In this document: positions 26,895-35,440 of the stretch, one piece after another
Layout of the letters: each line of letters starts with the position of its first letter
Numbering within the stretch: the first letter of the stretch is position 1
Origin: an uncultured Muribaculaceae bacterium
GTDB lineage: Bacteria; Bacillota_I; Bacilli_A; RF39; UBA660
Reading direction: 5' to 3'
Assembly: GCA_964536075.1 (NCBI GenBank)
Contig: CAZHWO010000002.1
Location: 1 to 44,186, forward strand
Length of the DNA: 44,186 nt
The notes under the pieces: generated by a model
Database searches by the model: none
Seen by the model: the letters and a program-made list of their open reading frames with translations, nothing else
Told to the model about the DNA's origin: nothing
Made by a program: the position numbers and the translations under genes

Positions 26895-27074
26895 TTATAT
26901 AATAACTTTCTTAATTTTTTTGATTAAATCAATTCGCGGGATCATCACTATATGGCCGCAGTTAAGGCATTTAATTTTGACATCGGCGCCTAAGCGTACA
27001 ATTTCCCAATGATTTGCTCCACAAGGATGGCCTTTTTTTAATTCTACTTTAGAACCAATTATTAAATCATTCAT
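26895..27074 (-). CDS. DUF951 (YyzM-like) small protein
   Basis: This 59-aa ORF is below the track cutoff: MNDLIIGSKVELKKGHPCGANHWEIVRLGADVKIKCLNCGHIVMIPRIDLIKKIKKVII. The KKGHPCG...W......GADV.IKC..CG motif and the position next to spo0J fit DUF951. Confidence 0.75.
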   Translation of the reverse strand: MNDLIIGSKVELKKGHPCGANHWEIVRLGADVKIKCLNCGHIVMIPRIDLIKKIKKVII

Positions 27075-27081
27075 CTTTTAC

Positions 27082-27975
27082 CTACTTATTTATTGCATTT
27101 ATAATTTCTAAAATACGATTTAAATCATTGACATTGGTAAATGATATAACTATTTTGTTTTTACTAATATTTACTTTGGTATCTAACTTTTCTTTTAATA
27201 TTTCTTCAACATATTCATATTCTGAAACTTTATTATTACGTTTTTTTAAAGTATTTCGTTTGGTAAACTCTTCAGAGTTAGTCAGTTTTTCTAAATCACG
27301 AACGTTTAAATCATTGTTGATAATTTTTTTGGATAACTCCATAACCTTATTATTATCTTCTATCTTACTTAAAATGCGGGCATGACTCATACTTAATTTT
27401 CCAGTTATAACAAGCTCTTTTGCGGATTCTGGTAAAGATAATAATCCCAGCATATTAGTTAAATGACTTCGGCTTTTACCTAATCTTTTAGCTAATTCTT
27501 CCTGCGTCAATTCTAGTGTGTCTAATAGTTTTTTATAAGCTTCCGCTTCTTCGATTGGGTTTAAGTCCTCTCTTTGTAGGTTCTCCAATAACGCAATTTC
27601 CATCATATCTTGGTCATCAAAATCTCTTATGATAGCAGGAATAGTGGTTAATCCAGCTAGTAAAGAAGCTTTAACTCTTCGTTCACCAGCTATTATTTCA
27701 TATCCTTTAATACTTTTTTTAACAATTATAGGTTGAAAAACACCATGTTCTTTAATGGAATCTGCTAGTTCTTGTAACGATTTTTCATCAAAGTTCTTTC
27801 TAGGCTGATATGGGTTACTCCTTAGATCTTTAATGGGAAGATTAATTATTTCATCATGGGTTGCTTGTTCATATATTTTTTCTTCAATTTTCTCATATTC
27901 AATCTGTTCAGAAGTAAATAATTCCTCCAAGCCTCTTCCTAAGGCTCTTCGTCTAATTGGTTCCATTTCTTCCAA
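27082..27975 (-). CDS. spo0J: Chromosome partitioning protein ParB/Spo0J
   Basis: RRALGRGLEELF, the ParB box GERRVKAS, and the HTH LTQEELAKRLGKSRSHLTNMLGLL. It lies downstream of soj with a 14-23 nt overlap, depending on the start (MEEMEP or MEP). Confidence 0.9.
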   Translation of the reverse strand: MEEMEPIRRRALGRGLEELFTSEQIEYEKIEEKIYEQATHDEIINLPIKDLRSNPYQPRKNFDEKSLQELADSIKEHGVFQPIIVKKSIKGYEIIAGERRVKASLLAGLTTIPAIIRDFDDQDMMEIALLENLQREDLNPIEEAEAYKKLLDTLELTQEELAKRLGKSRSHLTNMLGLLSLPESAKELVITGKLSMSHARILSKIEDNNKVMELSKKIINNDLNVRDLEKLTNSEEFTKRNTLKKRNNKVSEYEYVEEILKEKLDTKVNISKNKIVISFTNVNDLNRILEIINAINK

Positions 27976-28741
27976 TCACTTCCTTTGCTAAATTTAAATA
28001 AGCTTCTGATCCCCTACTTTTAGGATCATATGCAATGATAGGTTTACCATGGGATGGGGCTTCAGTTAATCTTATCAATCGGGGAATAATTGTATTATAA
28101 ACGCGTTCTTTAAAATATTTTCTTATTTCTTCAACAACTTCTAAACCTAAATTAGTTCTCGAATCAAGCATTGTCAATAGGACTCCTTCAATATTTAAAT
28201 TAGGATTAAGGTTTTTTTGAGTTAACATTATTGTATTTAGTAATTGAACAATTCCTTCTAAAGCAAAATATTCACATTGAACAGGGATAATGACAGAATT
28301 AGACGCCATTAAAGCATTAGTTGTAATAATTCCTAAAGATGGTGGGCAATCAATAATTAGAAAATCAAAATCGTCTTTTATGGATTCTAATTTAGCTTTT
28401 AGTTGGCCCCCTCTAGAAAACTCGGGTTCGTTGTAACTTTTTTCCATCAATTCTATATCAAGACCCGCTAAATTAATAGTTGCCGGTAATAAAAATAAAT
28501 TTTTATACCTGGTTTTGACAATTGTGTCTTTAATATCACAATTGCCAGTTAAAACATCATATATACAATGATCAATATCAGCTTTATCAATACCAATACC
28601 TGTGGTTGTATTTCCTTGCGGATCTAAATCGATTAATAAAACTTTTTTACCTAATAGTGCTAGTGAAGCAGATAAATTAATGCTCGTCGTTGTTTTACCT
28701 ACCCCACCCTTTTGGTTTACTAAAGAAATTATTTTGCCCAT
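27953..28741 (-). CDS. soj: Chromosome partitioning ATPase ParA/Soj
   Basis: Deviant Walker A NQKGGVGKTTTSINL and IIDCPPSLG. Confidence 0.95.
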   Translation of the reverse strand: MGKIISLVNQKGGVGKTTTSINLSASLALLGKKVLLIDLDPQGNTTTGIGIDKADIDHCIYDVLTGNCDIKDTIVKTRYKNLFLLPATINLAGLDIELMEKSYNEPEFSRGGQLKAKLESIKDDFDFLIIDCPPSLGIITTNALMASNSVIIPVQCEYFALEGIVQLLNTIMLTQKNLNPNLNIEGVLLTMLDSRTNLGLEVVEEIRKYFKERVYNTIIPRLIRLTEAPSHGKPIIAYDPKSRGSEAYLNLAKEVIGRNGTN

Positions 28742-28837
28742 ACTACCACCTTTTCATTAATTACTTCTTTCTTTATTCTATCAAAAAAAGAGAATTAATG
28801 AAACTCTTTTTAAAAAAAATAGAATAAAATTCTATTT

Positions 28838-29887
28838 TTACTTGTTTTTATCAATTTTAATAATGATTTGGTAAGTATTTTCAAAATCAAGTTCTTCTTT
28901 TTCAATTACGAAACCAAAACCTTCAACATTATGAATAGCTTGTCTTATTGAGTTAATAGCGTACTTTAGATCATACATATTGCTAGGTTGATAAGAGTTA
29001 TTTAAGTTATTAAACATTGGTAGGGTCTGGGTTGACTCAGCATTATCTTCCTGATCAGATATGGGACTTATTTCAATTAAAGGATCATAATTAATGGTTG
29101 GCATTGCATCTAATAATTCTAAAACTTCTTCAGATCCTTCTTCCTGATTAAATCTATCATTGACTGGTAAAATTCTTGGTGGCGCTTCGTTTGTTGTTGG
29201 CTCTTCAACAGGTATTGAGGGAACTTCAATAATTCCTGGAATAACAGGTGTTTCCTGAGTCTTTTTGATTAAATTTTCTAATTCTCTCACTGGTATTTTT
29301 TCTTTAATGACTCTATTTAATAAGTTAATTTGCTCTTCCTGATTGGTAACATTTAATAAACATCGAGCATGCCTTTCGGATATTTCTTCTTTTAGTAAAG
29401 CATCTTGAACCTCATCTGTTAAAGTTAAGAGTCTTAATTTGTTAGCAATAGCAGATTGCGATTTACCCATAGTTCTAGCTAATTCGTCTTGGGTCATCTG
29501 ATCTAATTCGAGAATTTTCTGAAAGGTACGGGCTTCTTCGATTGGGGTTAAATCTTTTCGCTGAAGGTTCTCTAAAAGGGCTACTTTAGAACTTTCTTTG
29601 TCATCTAAATCACGAACAATAGCTGGAATAGTTGTTAATCCAGCCATAGCTGAAGCTTTATATCTTCTCTCTCCAGCAATAATTTCGTACTTATCTCCTA
29701 TTTTTCTGACAATTATAGGTTGAATCACACCATGAGCTTTAATTGAATCAGCCAATTCTTGTAAAGCCACTTCATTAAACATTTCCCTTGGTTGAAAGCG
29801 GTTAGGAATTATATCATCTAAAGGTATATTTATAATTTCATTCATCATTTTTGGTACCCTCTCTTTACTCTTTTTATTCTTAAACAT
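28838..29887 (-). CDS. noc: Nucleoid occlusion protein Noc (ParB paralogue) with an extra linker of about 90 aa
   Basis: IPLDDIIPNRFQPR and GERRYKAS. The HTH MTQDELARTMGKSQSAIANKLRLL...ISERHAR matches recalled B. subtilis Noc (GKGQSTIANKLRLL...ITERHAR) rather than Spo0J. The C-terminus AINSIRQAIHNVEGFGF...YQIIIKI resembles Noc AMNTIRQSL...IQLTIRI. It sits between rsmG and soj. An alternative start is MMNEII at 29848, which has a better SD. Confidence 0.85.
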   Translation of the reverse strand: MFKNKKSKERVPKMMNEIINIPLDDIIPNRFQPREMFNEVALQELADSIKAHGVIQPIIVRKIGDKYEIIAGERRYKASAMAGLTTIPAIVRDLDDKESSKVALLENLQRKDLTPIEEARTFQKILELDQMTQDELARTMGKSQSAIANKLRLLTLTDEVQDALLKEEISERHARCLLNVTNQEEQINLLNRVIKEKIPVRELENLIKKTQETPVIPGIIEVPSIPVEEPTTNEAPPRILPVNDRFNQEEGSEEVLELLDAMPTINYDPLIEISPISDQEDNAESTQTLPMFNNLNNSYQPSNMYDLKYAINSIRQAIHNVEGFGFVIEKEELDFENTYQIIIKIDKNK

Positions 29888-29917
29888 AATTATACCTTAT
29901 TATCGAGATAATTTCAA

Positions 29918-30565
29918 TTATTTTTTTGATATTTCTATTAAAGTCCGTAAGCTCTCTTCATATGGAAGGTAAAACGTTTTAATATTAGATATTTTTAAAG
30001 CTTTGGTGGATAAAATAGGCTGGCTTTTTATTATTTCCTCGTCAGCATTAGCTTTCATACAAATTATTTTACCAGTTTCATTTATGTATGGTGATAGCCA
30101 TTCGATTAGTTGTGGCATTGAAGCAACGGCTCTTGAAACAACAACATCATATTTTTCTGTTTTTATCTGGGATAAATTTTCAATTCTAGTATGAAGTACT
30201 TCAATATCTTTTAAATTTAAATGTTTAATTAGTAGATTTAGATAACTAACCCTCTTTTGTAATGAATCTATTAGGGTTACCTTAATATGTGGATAAAATA
30301 TTTTTAAAACAATACCAGGAAAACCAGCACCAGTACCAACATCTAAAAGATTAGTAACTTTATTTAAATCCATTATTTTGGTAATGGTTAAACTATCGTA
30401 ATAATGTTTTAAATAGACATCATTTTCTTGAGTAATTCTGGTCAAATTTATTTTAGTATTCCATTCTGTAAGAAAGTGATAAAAAGCATCTAACTTTTCC
30501 ATCATTTCAGTTGAATATGCGATATTTAATTTTTTAATTTCTTTAACAAATTCTTCTTTATTCAT
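29918..30565 (-). CDS. rsmG: 16S rRNA (guanine527-N7)-methyltransferase RsmG (GidB)
   Basis: LLDVGTGAGFPGIVLKI SAM motif. It overlaps mnmG by 8 nt. Confidence 0.93.
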   Translation of the reverse strand: MNKEEFVKEIKKLNIAYSTEMMEKLDAFYHFLTEWNTKINLTRITQENDVYLKHYYDSLTITKIMDLNKVTNLLDVGTGAGFPGIVLKIFYPHIKVTLIDSLQKRVSYLNLLIKHLNLKDIEVLHTRIENLSQIKTEKYDVVVSRAVASMPQLIEWLSPYINETGKIICMKANADEEIIKSQPILSTKALKISNIKTFYLPYEESLRTLIEISKK

Positions 30566-32420
30566 GATTCTTAATCTTCCTTAAATAGACCATTAATATT
30601 GATATATCGGCAGGATTAACGCCACTTATTCTTAAGGCTTGCCCAACAGAGGTTGGTTGAATATTCATTAATTTTTGCCGAGCTTCACTGGCTAGATTGG
30701 TGATTTTATTATAATCAAGATATTCAGGAATACTTATTTTTTCTAAATCTTTTAATTTATTGGCCTCTTTATTAGCTTTATTAATATATCCTTGGTACTT
30801 AATATAAATTTCTACTTGTTCTTTAATAGTGGATTCATAATCAATAGCTATTAAGGGTTCTAGATTATTTATCGTGATTTCCGGCCTTTTTAATAATTCA
30901 TAAATAGTAGTACCATCTTTTAAAGGGGTACTTTCTAAAGATAAAAGATATTCGTTAACCTGTTTGGTTGGATTAAGGCGTTTTGTTTGCAAATGTTTTT
31001 CTAGCTCTTTTATTTGTTGAAGTTTTTCTCGAAGTTTAAAATATCTTTGCTCTGAAAGTAAACCTAATTTATAACCTATTTCTGATAATCTTAAATCAGC
31101 GTTGTCATTTCTTAATAATAAACGATATTCAGCTCGAGAAGTTAAAAGTCGATAAGGATCCGTAACCCCTTTAGTAACTAAATCATCGATTAAAACACCA
31201 ATATAAGCTTGATCTCTGTTTAAAATTAGTGGTTCTTCATTATTTAATTTTAATGCAGCATTAATACCAGCAATTAGTCCCTGACAAGCCGCTTCTTCAT
31301 AGCCACTAGTACCATTTATTTGTCCAGCAAGGTATAAATTTTCTACTAATTTTGATTCAAGAGTCCTTTTTAATTGTAATGAATCAAAAGCATCATATTC
31401 AATGGCATAAGCATATTTTGTGATATGAGCTTTATCTAACCCAGGTAGGCTTTTAACTAATAATTCCTGAACATCATGGGGCATGCTGGTCGAAAACCCT
31501 TGTAAATACATATCGCTATAATAGATACTTTCCGGCTCAAGAAATAATTGATGGCGCTCACGATCACTAAATCTAACGACTTTATCTTCGATTGATGGGC
31601 AGTATCTAGGGCCAACCCCCTCAACATATCCCCCATACATACTAGATTTATTTAAATTTTCACGAATAATATCGTGAGTTTTAGCGTTTGTATATGTCAA
31701 ATAACAGGGAGATTGTTTATTAATATCATAATAATATTGATTATCAAATGAAAAGCTATGATATTGGTTGTCTCCTGGTTGAATAGTTGTTTTAGAAAAA
31801 TCAATGCTTTCTCTTAAGATTCTTGGGGGGGTTCCTGTTTTCAACCGTTTAATATTAAAACCATATTTTTTCATATTATCACTAAGATATAAAGAAGGCT
31901 TTTCATTGTGGGGACCACTACTTGTTTTGTTTTCACCCACTAAAATTTGGGCTTTTAAGTAGGTACCCGTCGTTAAAATTACAGCCTGACCGGCAATTTT
32001 TTGACCATTAGATAAAATGACACCCTTGATTTTTTGATCAGCGACGATTAAATCCTCAACCATAGCTTCTTTTATTTCTAAATTTTCTTGGATCTCCAAA
32101 GTTTTAATCATGTTTTTGGAGTATGCGATTTTATCAATTTGAGCTCTTAAAGCTTGGACAGCCGGCCCTTTTTTTGTATTTAACATTTTCATTTGAAGAA
32201 TGCTCTTATCCGTATTTTTGCCCATTTCTCCGCCTAAAGCATCAATTTCTCGGACAACAATACCTTTAGCTGGACCGCCAATTGAGGGATTACATGGAGT
32301 ATCAGCAATATTTTTTATATTACTGGTTATTAATAGTGTTTGTTTCTTTTTTCTCGCTGCAGCTAAAGCGGCCTCACAACCAGCGTGGCCTCCTCCAACG
32401 ACAATAATATCGTATATCAT
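30558..32420 (-). CDS. mnmG: tRNA uridine 5-carboxymethylaminomethyl modification enzyme MnmG (GidA)
   Basis: MIYDIIVVGGGHAGCEAALAAAR... I place the start at ATG 32420-32418 behind AAAGGTGA. The track's 18-aa extension runs through the NBS palindrome and is rejected. Confidence 0.97.
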   Translation of the reverse strand: MIYDIIVVGGGHAGCEAALAAARKKKQTLLITSNIKNIADTPCNPSIGGPAKGIVVREIDALGGEMGKNTDKSILQMKMLNTKKGPAVQALRAQIDKIAYSKNMIKTLEIQENLEIKEAMVEDLIVADQKIKGVILSNGQKIAGQAVILTTGTYLKAQILVGENKTSSGPHNEKPSLYLSDNMKKYGFNIKRLKTGTPPRILRESIDFSKTTIQPGDNQYHSFSFDNQYYYDINKQSPCYLTYTNAKTHDIIRENLNKSSMYGGYVEGVGPRYCPSIEDKVVRFSDRERHQLFLEPESIYYSDMYLQGFSTSMPHDVQELLVKSLPGLDKAHITKYAYAIEYDAFDSLQLKRTLESKLVENLYLAGQINGTSGYEEAACQGLIAGINAALKLNNEEPLILNRDQAYIGVLIDDLVTKGVTDPYRLLTSRAEYRLLLRNDNADLRLSEIGYKLGLLSEQRYFKLREKLQQIKELEKHLQTKRLNPTKQVNEYLLSLESTPLKDGTTIYELLKRPEITINNLEPLIAIDYESTIKEQVEIYIKYQGYINKANKEANKLKDLEKISIPEYLDYNKITNLASEARQKLMNIQPTSVGQALRISGVNPADISILMVYLRKIKNHE

Positions 32421-32432
32421 AAAATCACCTTT

Positions 32433-32458
32433 AAAATTATTTCCCGGGAAATAATTTT
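32433..32458. promoter_or_regulatory. Noc-binding site (NBS), a 26-bp perfect palindrome with core TATTTCCCGGGAAATA (32438-32453)
   Basis: AAAATTATTTCCCGGGAAATAATTTT is its own reverse complement. The core equals the published B. subtilis NBS consensus as I recall it (ATTTCCCGGGAAAT). It lies in the 38-nt mnmE-mnmG spacer. Confidence 0.7.
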
Positions 32459-33814
32459 TTACTTTCCTAAACAAAAATTACTAAATATTTTATCAATTAA
32501 ACTATCAGGGTATGTCTCACCAATTATTTCACCTAGTTTTTCCCAAATTAATCTTATATCTATTTCAAGCATATCAATGGGGGTTTGTTCCTGAATATTT
32601 TCTAACACTTCTAAGGTTAATTTATAAGCTTCTTTAGCTAAAGATACCTGTCTAACATTACTTAAATAAGTATAGTCATTAGTATCAATCTTATCTAACT
32701 TATACATTTGCATAATAACCTGTTTTAAATTCTCAATTGTCTTTGGATCAAAAGTACTGGTATAAACAATTCTTTCAAAAGGAAGATTAATCCTTTTATA
32801 ATTATTAATTAAATCCATCTTATTTAAAACAGCTATTACTTTTTTCTTTTTAATTTTATTAATTATTTCTTTATCTTCATCAGAAAAAGGATTGCTGGCA
32901 TCAAAAACAGCTATTATTAAATCAGCTTCTTCAAGATATTTAAGACTTCTTTTGACTCCTATTTTTTCAATGGCATCTTCAGTTTCTCGGATGCCCGCTG
33001 TATCAATTAACTCAAAAATAATTCCATCAATAATTAGTTTACCTTCTACAGTATCCCTTGTTGTGCCGGCAATATCTGTTACGATTGCACGTTCCTCTTC
33101 TAACAACCCATTTAATAAAGAACTCTTACCAACGTTGGGTTTTCCAATAATTAAGGTTTTTATTCCTTCCTTAATAATTCGGCTATTTTCAGAACTAGAA
33201 ATCAATTTTAATAAATTACCTTGAATTTTGGATAACTCTTGGGTAATTTTCTCAAGGGTTACCTCTTCTATATCCTCATATTCTGGATAATCAATATTAA
33301 CCGCAATATTAGCTAATAGATTTAATATTTTTTCCCTCATTTGGGTAATTAATTGACTAACACTACCAGTTAAACTATTAATACTTAGTTTTCGGGCCTT
33401 TTCGGTTTTAGCATTTATTAAATCCATTATTGACTCGGCTTCAATTAAATCGATACGCCCATTTAAGAATGCCCGCTTAGTGAACTCTCCTGGTTCAGCT
33501 AGCCTTGCTCCATTTAATAAAAGTAATTCTAGGATTTTTTTAGTCGTTTGGGTTCCCCCATGACAATTTATCTCAACTATATCTTCCTTTGTAAAGGTCT
33601 TAGGAGCTTTCATCAATGAAATGAGAACCTCATCAATTGTTTCTTTATTATCTTTAATATAACCATAATGAATGGAATGGCTACGGCATTTTCTTAGATC
33701 TTGACCATTAAAGATTTTATTAACTATTGTAATAGCTTCTGTTCCACTAACTCTTATTATAGAAATAGCTCCTATCCCTAAGGCTGTTGAAATGGCGGCG
33801 ATGGTATCTTGCAT
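32459..33814 (-). CDS. mnmE: tRNA modification GTPase MnmE (TrmE/ThdF)
   Basis: IAAISTA.G.GAISIIRVSG, G-domain GKPNVGKSSLLN and DTAGIR, and the C-terminal FCLGK motif. Confidence 0.97.
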   Translation of the reverse strand: MQDTIAAISTALGIGAISIIRVSGTEAITIVNKIFNGQDLRKCRSHSIHYGYIKDNKETIDEVLISLMKAPKTFTKEDIVEINCHGGTQTTKKILELLLLNGARLAEPGEFTKRAFLNGRIDLIEAESIMDLINAKTEKARKLSINSLTGSVSQLITQMREKILNLLANIAVNIDYPEYEDIEEVTLEKITQELSKIQGNLLKLISSSENSRIIKEGIKTLIIGKPNVGKSSLLNGLLEEERAIVTDIAGTTRDTVEGKLIIDGIIFELIDTAGIRETEDAIEKIGVKRSLKYLEEADLIIAVFDASNPFSDEDKEIINKIKKKKVIAVLNKMDLINNYKRINLPFERIVYTSTFDPKTIENLKQVIMQMYKLDKIDTNDYTYLSNVRQVSLAKEAYKLTLEVLENIQEQTPIDMLEIDIRLIWEKLGEIIGETYPDSLIDKIFSNFCLGK

Positions 33815-33835
33815 AATATCACTTCCTTGGCTTAA

Positions 33836-33844
33836 ATTATATCA
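33836..33844 (-). promoter_or_regulatory. Extended -10 element (TGaTATAAT) of a candidate mnmE promoter
   Basis: The minus strand reads TGATATAAT about 20 nt upstream of the mnmE SD AAGGAAGTGA. No good -35 is present; that position is occupied by the NBS palindrome. Confidence 0.45.
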
Positions 33845-33873
33845 TAAATTATTTCCCGGGAAATAATTTATGA
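33842..33873. promoter_or_regulatory. Noc-binding site (NBS), a 32-bp perfect palindrome with core TATTTCCCGGGAAATA (33850-33865)
   Basis: TCATAAATTATTTCCCGGGAAATAATTTATGA is its own reverse complement. It shares the 24-mer AAATTATTTCCCGGGAAATAATTT with the copy at 32434-32457. Confidence 0.7.
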
Positions 33874-33897
33874 AAAAAAAGAGATTATTTCTCTTTT
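33872..33897 (-). terminator. Probable terminator after jag
   Basis: The minus strand reads AAAAGAGA-AATAA-TCTCTTTT followed by TTTT. The stem is AU-rich and includes the jag stop codon. Confidence 0.45.
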
Positions 33898-34496
33898 GGT
33901 TTTATCATAATATATCTATTTGGCTCTTCACCAAGACTTTCAGTATAGACATATTGATTATTAGCTAATGCCTCATGAACGATTCTTCTTTCATAAGAAT
34001 TCATTGAATCCATTTTTATTGGCTCTTTACTATCAGCAACTTCTCTTGCTAATTGTTTAGCTGATCTTTCCAAATTCTTTTGTTGTTTTATTTTGTACTC
34101 GCCAACATCTAAAACAAAATTATAGTAAACTCCAATTTCATTTTGAACTACTTGTTTAGTCAAAATTGTTAAAGCTTCAATTGTTCGACCGTTTTTACCA
34201 ATTAAGATAGCATTATTCGATGAATATAAGGTAATATTAGGAACATTATTTCTCAATTTTAATTCTATATTAACATCTAATCCCATTGATTTGATTAAGT
34301 CAATTAGATAGTCTTTGATAAATTTATTGATATCACCTAACTTAATTACTTCGATTTCGACCTTTTTACCCTTAAATAGACTGCTGGTAGAATTTAATTC
34401 TTTAATTAGCACCTCAGATTCACTACAATTTAGTTCTGTTAGCGCTTTAATTTTAGTTTCTTCAATTGATTTGCCATTATATACTAATTTATCCAT
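33885..34496 (-). CDS. jag: Jag/KhpB RNA-binding protein (Jag_N-KH-R3H)
   Basis: KH-like LIGKNGRTIEAL and R3H MNSYERRIVHEAL. It lies downstream of yidC/spoIIIJ. Confidence 0.9.
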   Translation of the reverse strand: MDKLVYNGKSIEETKIKALTELNCSESEVLIKELNSTSSLFKGKKVEIEVIKLGDINKFIKDYLIDLIKSMGLDVNIELKLRNNVPNITLYSSNNAILIGKNGRTIEALTILTKQVVQNEIGVYYNFVLDVGEYKIKQQKNLERSAKQLAREVADSKEPIKMDSMNSYERRIVHEALANNQYVYTESLGEEPNRYIMIKPKEK

Positions 34497-34498
34497 AC

Positions 34499-35428
34499 TT
34501 ATTTTCTCCTTTTTACTATTAGATTTTGAATTACAGTAAACAAGTTACTAGCAATCCAATAAATACTAATGGCAGTTGGTAAGCTAAAGGAAACAAAACC
34601 AATCATAATTATTGAAAACTTCATCATGAATTCAGTTTGTTTTTTTTGTTCGGCAGAAATGGCTGCACTGGAAGAATTTAATTTAAAAGAATAATAGGTA
34701 GTTAGAACAATTAATATGATTAAAATAATATAATGATAACTACCTATTTTTAGGGCATATAGTGGCGTTAATCCCATTTTTAAACCTAGAAATTTTCCTT
34801 CAAAAATTGCCGGTACGCGATTAATAGCTTCCAAGAAAGCAAATAATAGTGGTAACTGAACAAAGGAGAATAAACATCCAGAAATAGGATTCACTTTATA
34901 CTTTTTATAGATCAAAAGCATTTCTTGATTTTTTTTCATCATGGATTCTTGATCTTTTTTATCTTTATATTTTTCCTCCAGCTTTTCTAATTCTGGTTTA
35001 GCTTTGCCAATATTTTCCGATTGTAACGCTGTTTTTTGAGATAGGGGAAATAAAACTCCTCGTATTAATAAGGTCGTAATGATTAAACCTAAACCATAAT
35101 TACCAAAAAAACTTCCTATTTTAGTAATTATAAAGGCAATAGGAATAACAAAGAGAGTATTCCATAGAGTCTCGTTCTTATTACTTATAATCTTAATGTC
35201 TTTACAAGATGGCAATGATTCAAGTTCTAAACTATTATACTGACTATATTTTTTATATTCTTCTTTTATAGCTTTGTTTGTTGGCTGACAAAGAATATCG
35301 GCTCTTAACTTCTGACCGGTAATACTATCTGTTACCATCTTTTTATTTTGATCAACTAAATAATTGTTACAACCACTAATTAGTAGGGGAATAATTAATA
35401 TTAATAGGATTAATTTTTTTTGTTTCAT
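34499..35428 (-). CDS. yidC: Membrane protein insertase YidC/SpoIIIJ (lipoprotein type)
   Basis: Lipobox LLISGC. PLSQKT...MQ..QPE...KYK..P..GCL..L.Q.P-type conserved blocks. C-terminus ends in basic residues (KRRK). Confidence 0.9.
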   Translation of the reverse strand: MKQKKLILLILIIPLLISGCNNYLVDQNKKMVTDSITGQKLRADILCQPTNKAIKEEYKKYSQYNSLELESLPSCKDIKIISNKNETLWNTLFVIPIAFIITKIGSFFGNYGLGLIITTLLIRGVLFPLSQKTALQSENIGKAKPELEKLEEKYKDKKDQESMMKKNQEMLLIYKKYKVNPISGCLFSFVQLPLLFAFLEAINRVPAIFEGKFLGLKMGLTPLYALKIGSYHYIILIILIVLTTYYSFKLNSSSAAISAEQKKQTEFMMKFSIIMIGFVSFSLPTAISIYWIASNLFTVIQNLIVKRRK

Positions 35429-35440
35429 ATCTTGCTCCTC

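Noticed and set aside
28815-28839. AU-only hairpin (AAAAATAGAA/TTCTATTTTT) at the noc stop, considered as a terminator.
   Set aside because: It has a single G-C pair and overlaps the stop codon. It may function, but it cannot be told apart from chance palindromes in A/T-rich DNA, so it is not listed as a feature.
32385-32594. The plus-strand ORF 32385-32594 and the 18-aa N-terminal extension of mnmG (32421-32474), both spanning the mnmE-mnmG spacer.
   Set aside because: MnmG proteins begin at M-x-YD-(I/V)-(I/V)-V-(I/V)-GGGHAG, and AAAGGTGA precedes ATG 32420. The spacer is better explained by the NBS palindrome. Similar track extensions were trimmed for tagO (1818-1937), rplI, rpsF, mntP, the SGNH hydrolase, the DUF1934-like gene, the M23 peptidase, the 534-aa orphan and dnaA.
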